Shown here: positions 42,297 to 57,477 of the stretch, one piece after another | How the letters are laid out: each line of letters opens with the position of its first letter | Position numbering within the stretch: position 1 is the stretch's first letter | Source: Eledone cirrhosa | Taxonomy: Eukaryota | Assembly (NCBI GenBank): GCA_964016885.1 | Contig: OZ024740.1 | Span: 345,154,001-345,218,000 of the forward strand | Direction of reading: 5' to 3' | DNA length: 64,000 nt | Notes under the pieces: generated by a model | Databases searched by the model: none | What the model was told of the DNA's origin: nothing | What the model saw: only the letters and a program-made list of their open reading frames with translations | Translations under genes and position numbers: made by a program

Positions 42297-42764
42297 CTGC
42301 GTGTATGTGCGTGTGCATGTGTGTGTGCGTGCATATGTGTGTGTGTGAGGGTGAGTATGAGCGAATACAAAATGTGATAAGGAAAGGATGATAATGAATA
42401 GTGAAGCCGAGAGATTAATAGAAATGCAGATATATGATGAGAGCAGAGGACAGAAAAAGAGAGCGGAGAGGAAATCTAAAAGCAATAAATGTTATCGTAG
42501 GAGCGTGAGTTAGAAATAAGTAAGATGAAAGAAGGTGGAAAGGGGAAATAACTGAAAAGGAAATGGTGAAAGATGTATACAGAAATGCTCAACGAAAAGA
42601 ATAAAGATTGTGAGCAGGAAGGGAACAAAAGTAACCGTAAGAAATATATAGATGATTGTTATATATGGTATCGTCGGATAATATCAAGATAAAAAAAGGA
42701 ATAAATTACGAGGAAAATATCGGATGATGATGATGATGATGATGATGATATTTATATATATATG

Positions 42765-42795
<31 letters not shown>

Positions 42796-42900
42796 CGAGG
42801 GGGAGATAGAAAAAGAGAGAGCGTGAAAGAGTGAGGTCGAAAGAGAAAGAGAGAGGGAGAGGGATAGAAAAAAGAGAGAGAGCTAGAGAGAGAGATAGAT

Positions 42901-43009
<109 letters not shown>

Positions 43010-44573
43010 TGTCGACTTTACACTAAATTCAATGTTTCGTGTGTTAACACCTCGTCAAATGTCAAAAGGTTTGACCACTGAAAATGTGTTAATAAACACG
43101 AATAGTTGAATTTAGTATAAGGGTGTTATCAAAATAAATGAACATCAGTTTTAGAATGTATTTGGTAATATATTGTATAGTGGTTTTCTTAGTAATTTGA
43201 TTAAAATCATTTGTGGAAGAAGGGGAGATAAACGGAGCAGTACAACTATCACATATGTAAAGATATATATTCAAAATAGTATGTATGTTTGCAACTATGT
43301 ACGTAAATATGTATGTATGTTGGTTGAATAAGATTCATTCGGTTATCTGTTTATGTTCCTCATAGAGGACGAGTGCAGCACGTGTGTGTGTGTTTGTATT
43401 AAAAATACATACACACTCACACTTTCACATACACCCACCATCGCACACGCGGTTGTAGTGGTGGCGGTGGTTGTAGTAGATGTAAACAAAGTTAACCACT
43501 GAAACATTTGTTTAGACAATATTAACAACATCTCTTACAAAATATATTTGTTGTCATAATAACTTTGCGAAGCTACATACAGTTAAAACACCAAATTTCT
43601 AATGCTTCAATAAAATGGTATTTTCTACTCATTTAGAAGACCGTCTGTTGGTCAAAATAATATATTGTTCCACCTTCCTCTGACGAGCGTTCCAATTGTT
43701 CAGACATTGAAATTATTATCTCGTAAATGAACTTGAAAAAGGCAGATCATTCCAGAGACATGTATAATCGTATCGTAATCCTCTTGGAGTTTCAGCATTA
43801 CAGTACGTAACAGTGTTAGCCCTTAGAATTCTAGCTGGGAAAAAAATCATGACCTTTCGGTCGTGACCTGGTCGTCCTAACCATTAAGCGACGCACCTCC
43901 ACAAAAATTGCATTAGCATTTTAGCAACAGACAGCAGTTTAGCACATCATAGTATAACACTAATGTTTTATTTATCGACATAGTAATACCAAACGACTAT
44001 AATGTCGTGCAAAAGCGAGCTGCAAATATAAGGAAATTTTACAAACTAGTTATAGAAAACTAATAATTATGAAGATGAATATAAACACATATGCAATATA
44101 TTTCCTTATAGTAAACATATATTTCGGCTCGATGCGAGTATCTTACACTCTAATAAAATCAGAGCGCGCTCAACATCTGGGAAAGAGTTGTGGATATATT
44201 TATTTCCCTGAGGCTACAATTGCATTAACGTTATGTTGGTACTATCCTGACATGAAATTAGAGTCGTATGGCAATGAAAGAATATGCCTATCAACTTATA
44301 TATCACTGATAAAATTGTGTTGTGAACCAACTATTCTGAAACCGCTTAGTGAAATTAGATATTGGGACAGTCGTAGTTATTTTCCAGAATATAGATATTT
44401 CATACTTAAATATTTTAAGGGCATTCACATATAAAATTTGTTTATCGTGAATATATTTGCTTACTATGAATATTCGCATTAACAGTGAACAATTTTATCT
44501 TAAGCGAGAACAGCGTTGTAATCATATACCCCCCATTCATAATATACAAGAGAGAGAGATACAAAGAGAGAGA

Positions 44574-44614
<41 letters not shown>

Positions 44615-44668
44615 GGAGAGAGAGAGAGAGATAGAGAGAGGGGGGAGATAGAGAGAGAGAGGGAGTGA

Positions 44669-44741
<73 letters not shown>

Positions 44742-46026
44742 CGGTGCATTGGTGTATATTTGCTAGTTTATATATAAATAGATAGATGGCTGTAGACATA
44801 GCTATACCATATCATACACAGGCGTTATCTTAACCAGAAAGATCTCCATCACCCTCGGCTGTTGTAGAATATTTTGGGATAATATATATATTAAGCATGA
44901 ACATCCTTGTTAACCTTGAAAACTTCTTCTGCCCCTGTTCTTCAACATGTAAAACAAAATTTATTTCCAGAACGGAAACTTTTTTGTTACATTTCTTAAA
45001 CAACGAATAACATTAATATATATATAAAGGGAGCGGAGAGAGAAAGAGAGTGAGAGAGAGAGGAGGTGAGAGAGTGAGAGAGAGAGAAAGAGAGGGAGAC
45101 ATAATAAAAAGCATCAATAACACCATCACCAACAATACCTTCATCATCATATGTACTAACATGGTCTATGATAACATAAACTACAAATTAACTGAACATT
45201 ATATGTGCATGTAGGTGTGTGAATGTGTGAGTGTGTGCCCAGAGATCGATAAAGAAAGGACGATAAAGAGCGGACGACTGCACAAGCAAATTACTTTCAC
45301 AGAAACCCAATCATTGTGTAATTCCAGAGACTTGCTCATGCATACCTATACACAAACGCACATACACACACATTTACACATTCACATGCATATACACTCA
45401 CACGTTTACATATACTTAGGGAGACATATGAGCAGTCATGCACACAAGTACATGAACATGTGCACGCGCTTATAAAGCATATATTTATATATAAACATAT
45501 GAATACACGTACACATCACGGGCATATACACTTTCGTATATATGCACTTTTGTATACATATTCACATACTAGCTGGAAAGTGATGTGAAGTGTCTTAGAT
45601 TTATCATTGTGCGCGTGTGTACGTGTGGAGATAATTGGGAGTATGTCTGCATGTGTGAGAGAAGAACAAATGGAAACTTTGATAAAATAAAAGCAAGAGA
45701 GAAATTGGTTGTGAGAGAATTATAACGACACATAAGGTTGGCAAATAACAGGTATAAATAAATAAATACATAAATAAAAATCTATACTGTGTATGCAAAA
45801 TGTAAGCGTGAAAACATAATAATAATAATCTCCAGACCCAGCCATGAACCTATGGTGTATAAGTAGTTTGATGTGGTATAGATTTTGCTATGAGGTTAAC
45901 ATCTACAGATCTTTAGAGAGATGAGCAGTTTATTCTCACACATCGTAAAACACTCGAAATCCTTTGCACAGAGCGGCTACTCAAGTCATTTGTTGTACAT
46001 GTGGTGTAACACTAAATTCCCAAAGA

Positions 46027-46079
<53 letters not shown>

Positions 46080-46602
46080 ATATATATACATATGTACATA
46101 CACACCACACGTACACATATACAAACAGATGTGTTTACATCCTTACCATAATTTGAGAAGAGCGTGTATGTATTTATTTCTATGGATGTAAGTATGAGTG
46201 AGCATGTATAGGTGTGTGTATATAGGCGTGTGTCTATTATTCCACATGGCGGTAAGACTAACTTTTATTATACATACGTGTACACATTTTTATAGGGTTC
46301 AAAACCCATACACTCGCAAATACTCTTTTGCTTATATACATATATATATTCTTTTGCTGGTTTCAATGAACTAAGGTAACGTGTGCCGCAACCTACATGG
46401 ATATATTTTCTCGATCATATCAGCCTAATTTGTTTAGTCTCGTACTTATTTCATCAATATCTATGTGTTGAACTTCTTGTATGCTCGTTTGAAAAGGACC
46501 GTAGAGCCATAAACATAAATTTGAATACATATACATACACATATATACCCTCAGATATATTCAAGCCCACACCAAAAGACACTTGTAAACACACGTATAC
46601 CC

Positions 46603-46741
<139 letters not shown>

Positions 46742-48930
46742 AGTAAATATGTCAATACTCATCTGTTTCCATTTCTCTGAGGGTTCTAAACCCCACTATC
46801 AGGCTAAAAAAATTCTTTAGTCAAAAATACGGTGAAAGCTTATATTTCTAATTATATATATATATATATATATATATGCCCGTGTGTGTGTGTATATGTG
46901 TGTGTCCATGCATGTGTTTTGTGGGATTAGAACAGTATGTAGTATTCATATGCTAATCACACGACGGAGTGCAGATTTTGAATACTTGTGTTCCACATGT
47001 AATTTGTTATGAACAGTTAAGATACTAAAGGGGTACATAGACGACACTGAATGAGAAATATATATCCAACTACTGTTTGAGGTTATATTAAATGATTTGC
47101 CCAAACAGATGCATAGACACATACACACAAACTGAATCACATATTCTCTCACACATACATGTAAGTCAACTCAAAACCTATACACATTAACAAACATTCA
47201 TATTTAGCACTGGAGTCGACTTGAATAAGAATGGAAATATATACGAAGAGCAATATTTGTCTAAAATCTTGTAGAGCAGATGAAATAGACACTAACAGAT
47301 GCAAATTGAATGCGCATGTCTATTGACAAATAAGAATTCCCTTTCCTCTCTTTCTCTCGTTTACACTCATTTTCTTTGTCACTCTACGCACACACACACT
47401 CGCACCAACCCACCTACATACACACGTATATATATGTGTGTGTTTGTGTGTGTGTACGTGTGTGAGTGGTGTGTCTGTGTGTGTACGTGTGTGAGTGGTG
47501 TTCCTGTGTTTGTGTATGTTTCTATCATCCACTTCTTAAAGAGTAACAAAGTAAAAAATTTAAACATATATTTAAAACAAATGATCTGAAATATAAATGC
47601 CGCTAAAAGAGTAAGCTCAAACTTTCTAGCCTAACATGCATGTTTTAGACAAAACACTTTCAGGATAATAACACTAAAAAGTGTTTACAGGATACATACT
47701 ACAATTTCCAGTGGTTCTATTGAAGATTTCTTAAAACTTCCTCTTCTGTATGATATCACATTATTTTATTTTATTACTTTTTATTATATTTCACTTGCTT
47801 CTCCTCTTTGTCGCACATTACCGAAATTCATTGTAAAAATATAAACCAAACAATTAGGCCATGTGTACTTTGTAGCCTAAAAAATAAAGAACCAGGTGCT
47901 GTTCGTCAAGAAGGCTGCACTGATAAAACAGAGCAAAAAGGAAAAAAAAGATGCCTATATATAGTTTGTAAAAATAAAGAAAAAAATCAGGATATTTTTG
48001 TATTCATTGAATCGATTTTTTATATACCTCTCAATGGAAATATTGCGTGCTATTTAAGAAATAGCGGGGCTAAATTCATTGCCAGAATTTAAATGATTTT
48101 CGTGTTATCACACATCGTTATATTTTAACTGGTAAATGAATGGCCTCATTGCAAAAAAAAATATATATATATATAAAGTCCGAAAGTGTATTTTTTATAT
48201 AGTTTAGTCGGGGACGAAAGGACAGGAGACATGATAAATTTGCAGAACGCCATATACTACTGTTTTAGGGAGATTCGTCAGAATTGAAAAATACATCGTT
48301 CAGCAGATATCCACAGACACGACACCTGCTCCGAATGCTTGCAAGAAATGGAACCATGCTGTAGACCACTATGAAATGTATGTTCTCTTATATAAAGTGT
48401 ATAAGAAGACCGGCATTTCATTTTCAACATGATTTGAACACACCATAAGAGAAAACAAGAAACAAGAAGTTGTTCTTTATCCTCGGTCATCTTCCTCGCG
48501 TACTCTAGTATATTTAATATATTTACTTGCTTCTTGCGTTGTAGAAAATACTTTCTCTGAAAAGAAATACCCTCAAGCTACTTCAAGAGAAACAGAGTGA
48601 AGCTATAAATAAATGAATTTATCTCAAACCTCAGATAGACCGAAGAACACTCTTTAAAGAAGAAACAAAGTTTACTTTATATGCATAAGGACATTTCTTT
48701 TTTGGTATACAATATCATACTGTAAATGTTTGTAAAGCATTCCAACATGTGTACAAAGCTTCTACACAGAGAACACACTTGGCTATGTGAATGTATGCAT
48801 AGAGGCACCGGCAAATACACACATACACACACACACACATACATACACACACATATATATACATAGAAACACACACACATGTATATGTAATATATATATA
48901 TATATAGGCATATATATACTTATATACACA

Positions 48931-49021
<91 letters not shown>

Positions 49022-49187
49022 GTGTGTGTGTATTTATGAATATAATGATGATGATGATGATGATGGTATATATACATATACATAGGGTGACTAAATATGC
49101 ACGTGTTTTTTTTTCTCTCCTTTATTTTACTCCGTTCCTTCCGCCTCTCACACTTTTCTTTCTATTTATCTTCTATTTCTAACTCTT

Positions 49188-49216
49188 GTGATGAAGGACT
49201 AGTGTCCGAAATGTCA
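49188..49216 (+). other. Degenerate Penelope-type minimal hammerhead ribozyme motif
   Basis: GTGATGA-A-GGAC-TAGT-GTCC-GAAA-TGTC versus consensus CUGANGA-stem II-GAAA; C3 is mutated. Confidence 0.4.
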
Positions 49217-49304
49217 AGTCTCTCTTCCAGCTATTTCAAGCATTAAACTAATATATTTCTTCCACTTACTCTTTCGTTTGATTTGTTTTTTTCTGTTTAC
49301 CTTT

Positions 49305-49345
<41 letters not shown>

Positions 49346-50774
49346 TCACACACACATATTTATATATAATATATGCATATGTATTTATATATATATGCAT
49401 ATAAACATACTTTTTGTGCGCAAAACTGTTCCTATCTCACACACCTATATGCATGTTTACATACACACATAAAAATACACCTGAATAAATAATCTCCAAA
49501 GTTTAGTCAAATTCAGAATTTGACTACTAGCTCTTTATAACCTGTAAAATCCTAGAACTCTCCCTTATTCATAATCATAGCTTATAAGGATGCTTGTGTG
49601 AATAAGTGTATAGTGGATTTGTCAACTGATGCAAAACATCGCACGCATGAAGTGTTTCAAATTCTGTGTTCTTTGGCGGAATAGCACAGGAATCACATTA
49701 CGCAGGATTTTCGATTGTATTTGCTAGATGAATCTCATTCAGTAATTTAGCTATTGTTCTTGCTGTTGTTGGTGGTGTTGGTGGAGTTCATGGTGGTAGT
49801 GTTGTTGTTGCTGGGACCGCTGTGCAACTTGTCAGTGAGAAACTTTTGAGATGAGATTGGACGTTGAGAATATAAAGTTTCATCTACATATGAAAACAGA
49901 AATATTTTTCTCAGTCTGTCTTCCATTGTCTTTCTCTCTTCTTTTTTTACTCTCTCCATCGTTCTTTCCATACCTGCCTATCTATTTCTCTGTAATTTAC
50001 CTTATCTCTTTCTATCATTATCTTTCACACGCGCTTAAATATATAGAGGTGTTGCCAAAATAAACTATATTGTACCAGTGAAACAATGAGATCAATGTAA
50101 TCGCCATTCGATTCCTCACCAATTCCTGATTATGAATTCAACATTATTCTCTCAGCCATACTTTAAATTTAAACATAAAAATCCACCTTTATACACTCAC
50201 AGCAATACAAATATCTGTAGCAGCAGAATCACCACCATCGCATCTCAATACATTGAATATTAACATTCATTTTTTTCATTTTTCCTTTCCATACGCATCA
50301 AACTTCACATTTAGCAAATCCCCCTACCATCAAAATCACCCCCAGCCTACCTCAATCTCCAAATATCCAACAACTATTTCGACCTTTTAACACAACACAA
50401 CTCTAATCCAACCGCCATCCACATCCTGCTTCTCTATACACAACAGACACAAAATAGCTCAAAGCCCAGACTAGGCCGATTTAACCTCGCATTAAATCGC
50501 CTCATTTCAGTTCACCACCATCTTCTATAACATAACACAACACAACAATGAGAAAAGGACACGAACCTAAAACTTAAGGGATGAATAACAATTGCTATAG
50601 CATTTACAAACAACGCCAAATACTGCGATAAACACAACAACAACACAGCCAATATCTGAAGAAAATACAAAAACAAACAAAAAAACAACAAAAAAACAGC
50701 AACAATAGATGAAAGATGTTCAATAACAAAACCAAAACACACATTGTTACCGACTCACCACCAAAAGCCATCAC

Positions 50775-50844
<70 letters not shown>

Positions 50845-50984
50845 ACAATAATGAATATTATAATTATCGTTAGTATTATTAGGTATTATTTATTAGCCAC
50901 AAGGGCACATAAAAATGGACATTAGTAAGATATACACCGGAATTGTGTAGAGAGGTGGGAGCATATATAGGGAATATACACGCG

Positions 50985-51593
<609 letters not shown>

Positions 51594-51940
51594 AATATAT
51601 AGAAACAAGACTAAAAATAAAATGAATAAAGAATTATTATCTGCACAAATATAACAAAAAAAAATCAGCCCCAACAATATATAACAATAATAATAAATAA
51701 GTGTCAGCTATAATAATCCAATGTCAGCTATACAAACATCGCAAGAATACGTTGGGAGAGAACAGTAGTGTTGAATGGAAAAGTAGGTCTAAAGCATACA
51801 TGAAAATGAAAATAAGGGACGACCTATTGAACATACACAGGACGGTAATAATAACAATAATGATAACAATAACAATGATGAACAAGATGGTGGCCATGAT
51901 GATGATGTCTTTATGTGCAGTAGATAATGTCGTCAGCTAT

Positions 51941-52030
51941 GAAGAAGAAGAAGAAGAAGAAGAAGAAGAAGAAGAAGAAGAAGAAGAAGAAGAAGAAGAA
52001 GAAGAAGAAGAAGAAGAAGAAGAAGAAGAA
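51941..52030. repeat. (GAA)n microsatellite
   Basis: Direct reading; a second (GAA)n tract lies at 60262-60357. Confidence 0.95.
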
Positions 52031-52215
52031 ATGAGAAAAAAGCAGGTAAAAAATGGAGAATCATCTTTATGTTTAACGAAAAAATAACCAATAGGGATTT
52101 AAAGTTGAATGTGAAAGAATAAGAATAAATATAAGAATAATGATGATGATGATGATGATGATAATGATATTTGTAGTAATAGTAGTTATTATTATCATTA
52201 TTATTTTGTAGTAGC

Positions 52216-52279
<64 letters not shown>

Positions 52280-52879
52280 TCAAAAACAGAAAACCAGAAG
52301 TTGAATAAAAAAAAAATCCTGACAGAACGAAACAGAAGAAAAACTAATAGAAACAGGGAGAGAATAAGGGAATATAAAAAAATAATGAAATAAGAACAAA
52401 CTAGAATATGGCGTGATTTCAGGATGAAATACCTCAAAAGATTTAAAATCTCTTTATATGATTCTTACTACGTTCACACGTTTGTGTGCGTGTAAGAGAG
52501 TGAGTACAAAAGTTTTTGTATGTGTGAAGTACCATGTATGCAAAGATATGTATGTGTGTGTACGTGCATGTATGCAAATGTGCTTGCACTGGTGCAAAAA
52601 CATATTAATAAATATGTGTGTATGTTTGTACATAATATTTTTTGTGAGTCAGTGTGTTTGAGCGGGTGTTTTATCCATTTTAGATGTATGCAAATGTGTT
52701 CGGATGTATACAAATGTAGTTGCAAATGTCCGGTAATATGTGTAAAAAAATATGCATGTATAATATGTAGATATGTGTATTGTGTGTTCAGGTGTGTGTC
52801 TGAGTATGCGTGTCCTTTTATATGTTGTATTCTTATATCATGAATTTCAGTGCGTGAAGTGATCGATTAAGAAGCTTAC

Positions 52880-52891
52880 CTTTAACCAAAG
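52880..52891 (-). other. Candidate 12-nt microexon of Lhx1/5 (LWLK)
   Basis: Minus strand: AACTGAT (branch-like), then TCCTTTCTTTCGCTCCTCTCTCTCCTTT, then GTATGATTTGGAGCAG|CTTTGGTTAAAG|GTAAGC. Based on splice signals only; no transcript evidence. Confidence 0.35.
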
Positions 52892-53568
52892 CTGCTCCAA
52901 ATCATACAAAGGAGAGAGAGGAGCGAAAGAAAGGACATCAGTTTTGGTTCACATTTGATGCTTAAATTTCTTTTTTATTATTATTGCACGGTCGTCTAAG
53001 GACTAAATGTCTTAGATATTCGAATAAAAAATTACAATAAACAGTAACCCTATAGAAAAGAACGACAGCGATAAAACATGGTGAGTAAAGACTACATACA
53101 AAAGTATAAACACACGCACGCATACATGTATGTATGTATGTATGTATGCATGTATGTATGCATGTATGTATAGTTGGATGGGTGTATTAATCAATGAAGT
53201 TTCCGCAACTGCTCAGTGAGTCCTTGGGGGTAAATCTAAAAACGTTTGAGCGTCCATCATGTCATTTCAGTGGTCCTCAAAAGTGCTTAACAGTACTTAT
53301 CTCCATTCATTCCCTCTATAGTTTTACCCTAGGAGTTGATGCAGCTAAAGGGGCGAAAACTGTCCTTGGGCCAGAATTGTGAGCCAGGTGAAAACCAGTG
53401 TACCCGTCCGTACCTAAAAATACTATCACAGAACTTTGAAGTATTCTTTCTACAATAAAACTCAGAGATGTTTCTTTAAGTTGCTTCACTTTACTTTCAA
53501 AGCGACAGTTAGTAAGAGTACGCCTGGCATTACAATAATGCTATTTATACGCTAACACGAACACACAA

Positions 53569-53628
<60 letters not shown>

Positions 53629-55292
53629 TATGCATTTGCATTAGTGTGTAGGCGTGTATGTATAAATACACTATATATATATAGATATAATCCTATCCGT
53701 TTGATTTTCGCAAACCCAAGTCTGCCAGACTTTATTTTGCACCATAATCTTTTTTGAAAAACCAAACAAAAAAAAACCCATAATATTCTATTTTGTGAGC
53801 TTTAGATCATTGCTCACACATAATTTTATTTAAATGGGAAATATGGGTGAAGAATAAAACATGTCATGTGATTCGTAGTCTTGAATGAAAAACATAATAA
53901 CAATAAAAACAAAACAAATATAATTGAATGCTTCAGTTTATTGTGGATAGCGGGGGTGTGGTAAGTTAAATAATTCGCTTACACATCGTTGTCCTATCTA
54001 AACCCTCTTACTTTCTTTTCTCGTATTTTTGCTTGTTTTTCTACTGTTCCGGCACTTTAATCACACTTACTGAACATATCATATCCTTTCTTTATAAGAA
54101 ATATTTCGAAGAAACGAATGTTTGCTAGAACCCCGCATGGATATAATGTGCCGAAAGTCTATGAAGCCTTGAAGAGTAAAATAGAAGTGAGAATCGGAAT
54201 GTCATTAAAGGGAAGTTCCGTTTCTTGGTGAGAAACAAGACAGGTGTTGAGTTGTGTTGAGAGGATTGCTTTCTGCTAACGGAGATATGATGGTAATGAT
54301 ACATATGTGAAAAATATAATTTTTACTCTACCTGCTAAGGCTTGAAAGCATAACTTTCAGGAATCATTATACATATTTTCGTATCCCTGCCTATTCCTAC
54401 TTCTTTTACTTTTAACCTCTCCTATTCACTTTCTGAGTAATTTTTCTTTTCTCTCTTTTCTTTCAAGCAAATGTTTCACCATGATGTCATAACTCCCAGA
54501 GTGTTTATTATATCAAAGAATGCTTTTATGTACATTATATTCAAGATTTTCCATTTTCTTGCAGCTTCGAATAACATAGAAATGATGGATCAACAGGTTT
54601 ACCATTTGAAAAACACAGCGCGGTGCCAAATCAAACAGGAAATGGCTATCACCACACAACACTTGGACACGTTAAGCTTTATTTAACTTATAAGAGTTCA
54701 GCTACTAAGCTACGTTGGTTTAATAACAAGACAAAACAAAAGAATATGTAAAAGAAAAAATGGGAAATATATATATATATATATAAAATATCCCATAAAT
54801 CAACTGACAACCTAAAACTGGTAAACATGATAATAGTTATAACCAACAACGAAACGTTTAAGTGTACGTTAAAAATGTAATATATGAACACCAATTGTAA
54901 TAGCATACGTTTTAACTTAGCGTAAATTATTCAAAAAATCTAGTGAATTGAACTTTATAATATATGAGTCAGTGTGTGTGTGTGTTCGGGGGGAGGTGGG
55001 TGGTCGTGTCTATAAATGTCTAAAGAAACATTACGGTAATACCAGGATTTATATGTACATTGTTATATATTTATTCCTTAATTTATGTAAATGAGTATAT
55101 CAACGCTAATGTGTAAATATATATGTATATTAATTCTGGCAATATTACACAAATATGACCCTCCCCAAATATAACAATATATATATATATAATTATAAAG
55201 TAAGAAGAAATAGTGTATGTATGTATGTATGCACATATATGTGCATGCCTCTCATTGTGTATATATATATATATATATATATATAATATGGT

Positions 55293-55460
55293 TAATAATT
55301 GTTTCTACATTTGGCACAAGGCCAGCAATTATCCCAGTGTATTACTGGTACTTTATTTTACCGACCCCGTAAGGATGAAAGTTAACCGTGGCGTCATTTG
55401 AACTCAGATCATAAAGGGCCGTAACTCTTTGCTGCAAAGCATGGCGTCCGACCCTCTACT
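55293..55460 (-). mobile_element. tRNA-derived SINE copy
   Basis: Same family core and B-box (TTTGAACTC on the plus strand). Confidence 0.82.
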
Positions 55461-56155
55461 TAATGTCTTCAGATCAGCAAGAGTCCAATAAATGATTCCA
55501 GTACCATATCTTATTATAGACAGCTCCGGAGTCCCTTGTGGTTATCATGTTTCCAGAAATATATTACCATCCCAGGATGATCTAGCATCTTCTGAAATTT
55601 TCTAGTGTCACTTTTCCCTTGATTATTTTACTAAATACCGTGTCACTCTGAAGTATTCCACAGTACCTGTAGTCATCTCCGTCTTTATTGTTGGATAATT
55701 CAATACCTTCTGAGTTGATTTTCTTTTCCTTCACAATTTTAACTATGACGCATGTATTTCTCTCAAACTCTGTACCAATATCCACACTAAACAATCTTAC
55801 TGTTTGGAACAGTGAATTTATCTCGTTCATGATTTTCCTATATAACCCGAGATCATCTCTGTATAATACATGATTCAACGGGTATCATCCTTTTTCTAGT
55901 GAATACCCGCATTTCACTTTCCTGAGTACTATAGACAGAAGTAACATTGCCATCATACTTTCCTGAGTAATATATAAATGTAACATTGCCATCACAAAGG
56001 TGATGTGCTGTCTCCTCAAAAAAGTCCCCTTCTTACTTTAACCTCTCCTAAAACATATCCTCCTTATGTCAGTTCAACTCTCCAGGTTGTCATTGAATGT
56101 TTCAACAATGCGTTGGTGTTATCTCCCACTTTCACTAAATATAGACATTCCATTA
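55461..56155 (-). mobile_element. Old degraded R4/Dong-like RT remnant
   Basis: NHVLYRDDLGLY...LFQTVRLFSVDIGTEFE..TC......EGIEL....DDYRYCGILQSD parallels [12 protein letters not shown]...TVRIFSSDICMQFG..KC...YKYLGVLEAD in copy 1. Confidence 0.78.
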
Positions 56156-56194
56156 CTATAATTTTTGTTGATGTTATTATTATTATTATCATTG

Positions 56195-56262
<68 letters not shown>

Positions 56263-56263
56263 C

Positions 56264-56308
<45 letters not shown>

Positions 56309-56405
56309 ATAGTAGTAGTAGTAGTATTTCAAGGGGGAATTATGGGAAGAGAGATCGATTAATCGATAATTTGATCGATCTGTTTACCCAAGTGATAGAT
56401 AAAAT

Positions 56406-56440
<35 letters not shown>

Positions 56441-56464
56441 GTTTGTATGACCCTCCCAAAGTAT

Positions 56465-56530
<66 letters not shown>

Positions 56531-56534
<4 letters not shown>

Positions 56535-56768
56535 GGAAAAAATGAAAGGAAATTTCATATCCCGCTCTTAGTACGGCTGTTACTTAAATATAAGTATGTA
56601 CACGTACATACATATATGTATACAGACGTACAGTAGTATGTATATATATATATACATACATGCACACATATATATATGTACGTATGGATTCACCGAACAT
56701 TTATTATAACACACCGAGCATTATAATAAATGTTCGGTGAATCCATACGTACATATATATATGTGTGC

Positions 56769-56814
<46 letters not shown>

Positions 56815-56855
56815 TACTGTACGTCTGTATACATATATGTATGTACGTGTACATA

Positions 56856-56860
<5 letters not shown>
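56531..56860. mobile_element. Internally deleted palindromic copy of the TA-embedded fold-back element
   Basis: Starts (TA)n-AACGGAAAAAATGAAA...; arms fold around ..CCGAACATTTATTATAA CACACCGAGCA TTATAATAAATGTTCGG..; same family as 21570-22252. Confidence 0.82.
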
Positions 56861-56922
<62 letters not shown>

Positions 56923-57477
56923 TATCTATAAAGCTCAGTGTGTGGTCATGCTCCTTTCTTATAGAAATCTACGATATAGAATTTCTTCAATTGATATTTA
57001 CAATTCAGTATTCGAAATAGCTTCGATTGCGTCTTGGCACAGATCATTTTACCAATTTCACCCACAATTACGCAAAAAATAGATAAAACTCAATATTTTA
57101 CGATTTTTCTCTGTCATTTAAACTGCTAAACTCTTTCCACTACCATTCAAAATCTATACAACTTCATACTTTCTGCTACTTTCTCTTTCCAAGCTTGATG
57201 GTGATACTGTCCGTTTTACTCTCTCATATCATCTGCTACCTCTATCTACAAGCCACACATTTTGCTACTTTCTCTTTTATACTTCAAACTTACTGATTTA
57301 TTTCCAAACGCATACAAACACACACTCACTTCAAATGATAACAAAACATTTAAAAAGCAACAGATACATTTATTCAACAAAAAGCGATAAATCTTTTGTA
57401 AAACCTCTTTTCCAAACGCATACAAACAAACACTCACTTCAACAATAACAACAACAACAATCTGCCTTTTATAGATA

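Noticed and set aside
50474-50500. Small inverted repeat GATTTAA-N7-TTAAATC as a homeodomain dimer site
   Set aside because: Too short to distinguish from chance without conservation data.
51701-52087. Poly-Glu ORF (and the poly-Arg ORF at 60238-60471)
   Set aside because: Both are (GAA)n microsatellites.
54100-54260. Possible RT remnant (also 59450-59620)
   Set aside because: No intact diagnostic motif could be read.
57298-57445. Direct repeat TTTCCAAACGCATACAAACA.ACACTCACTTCAA (two copies); also the 20-bp duplication at 13085-13130
   Set aside because: Simple local duplications with no sign of function or of being LTRs.
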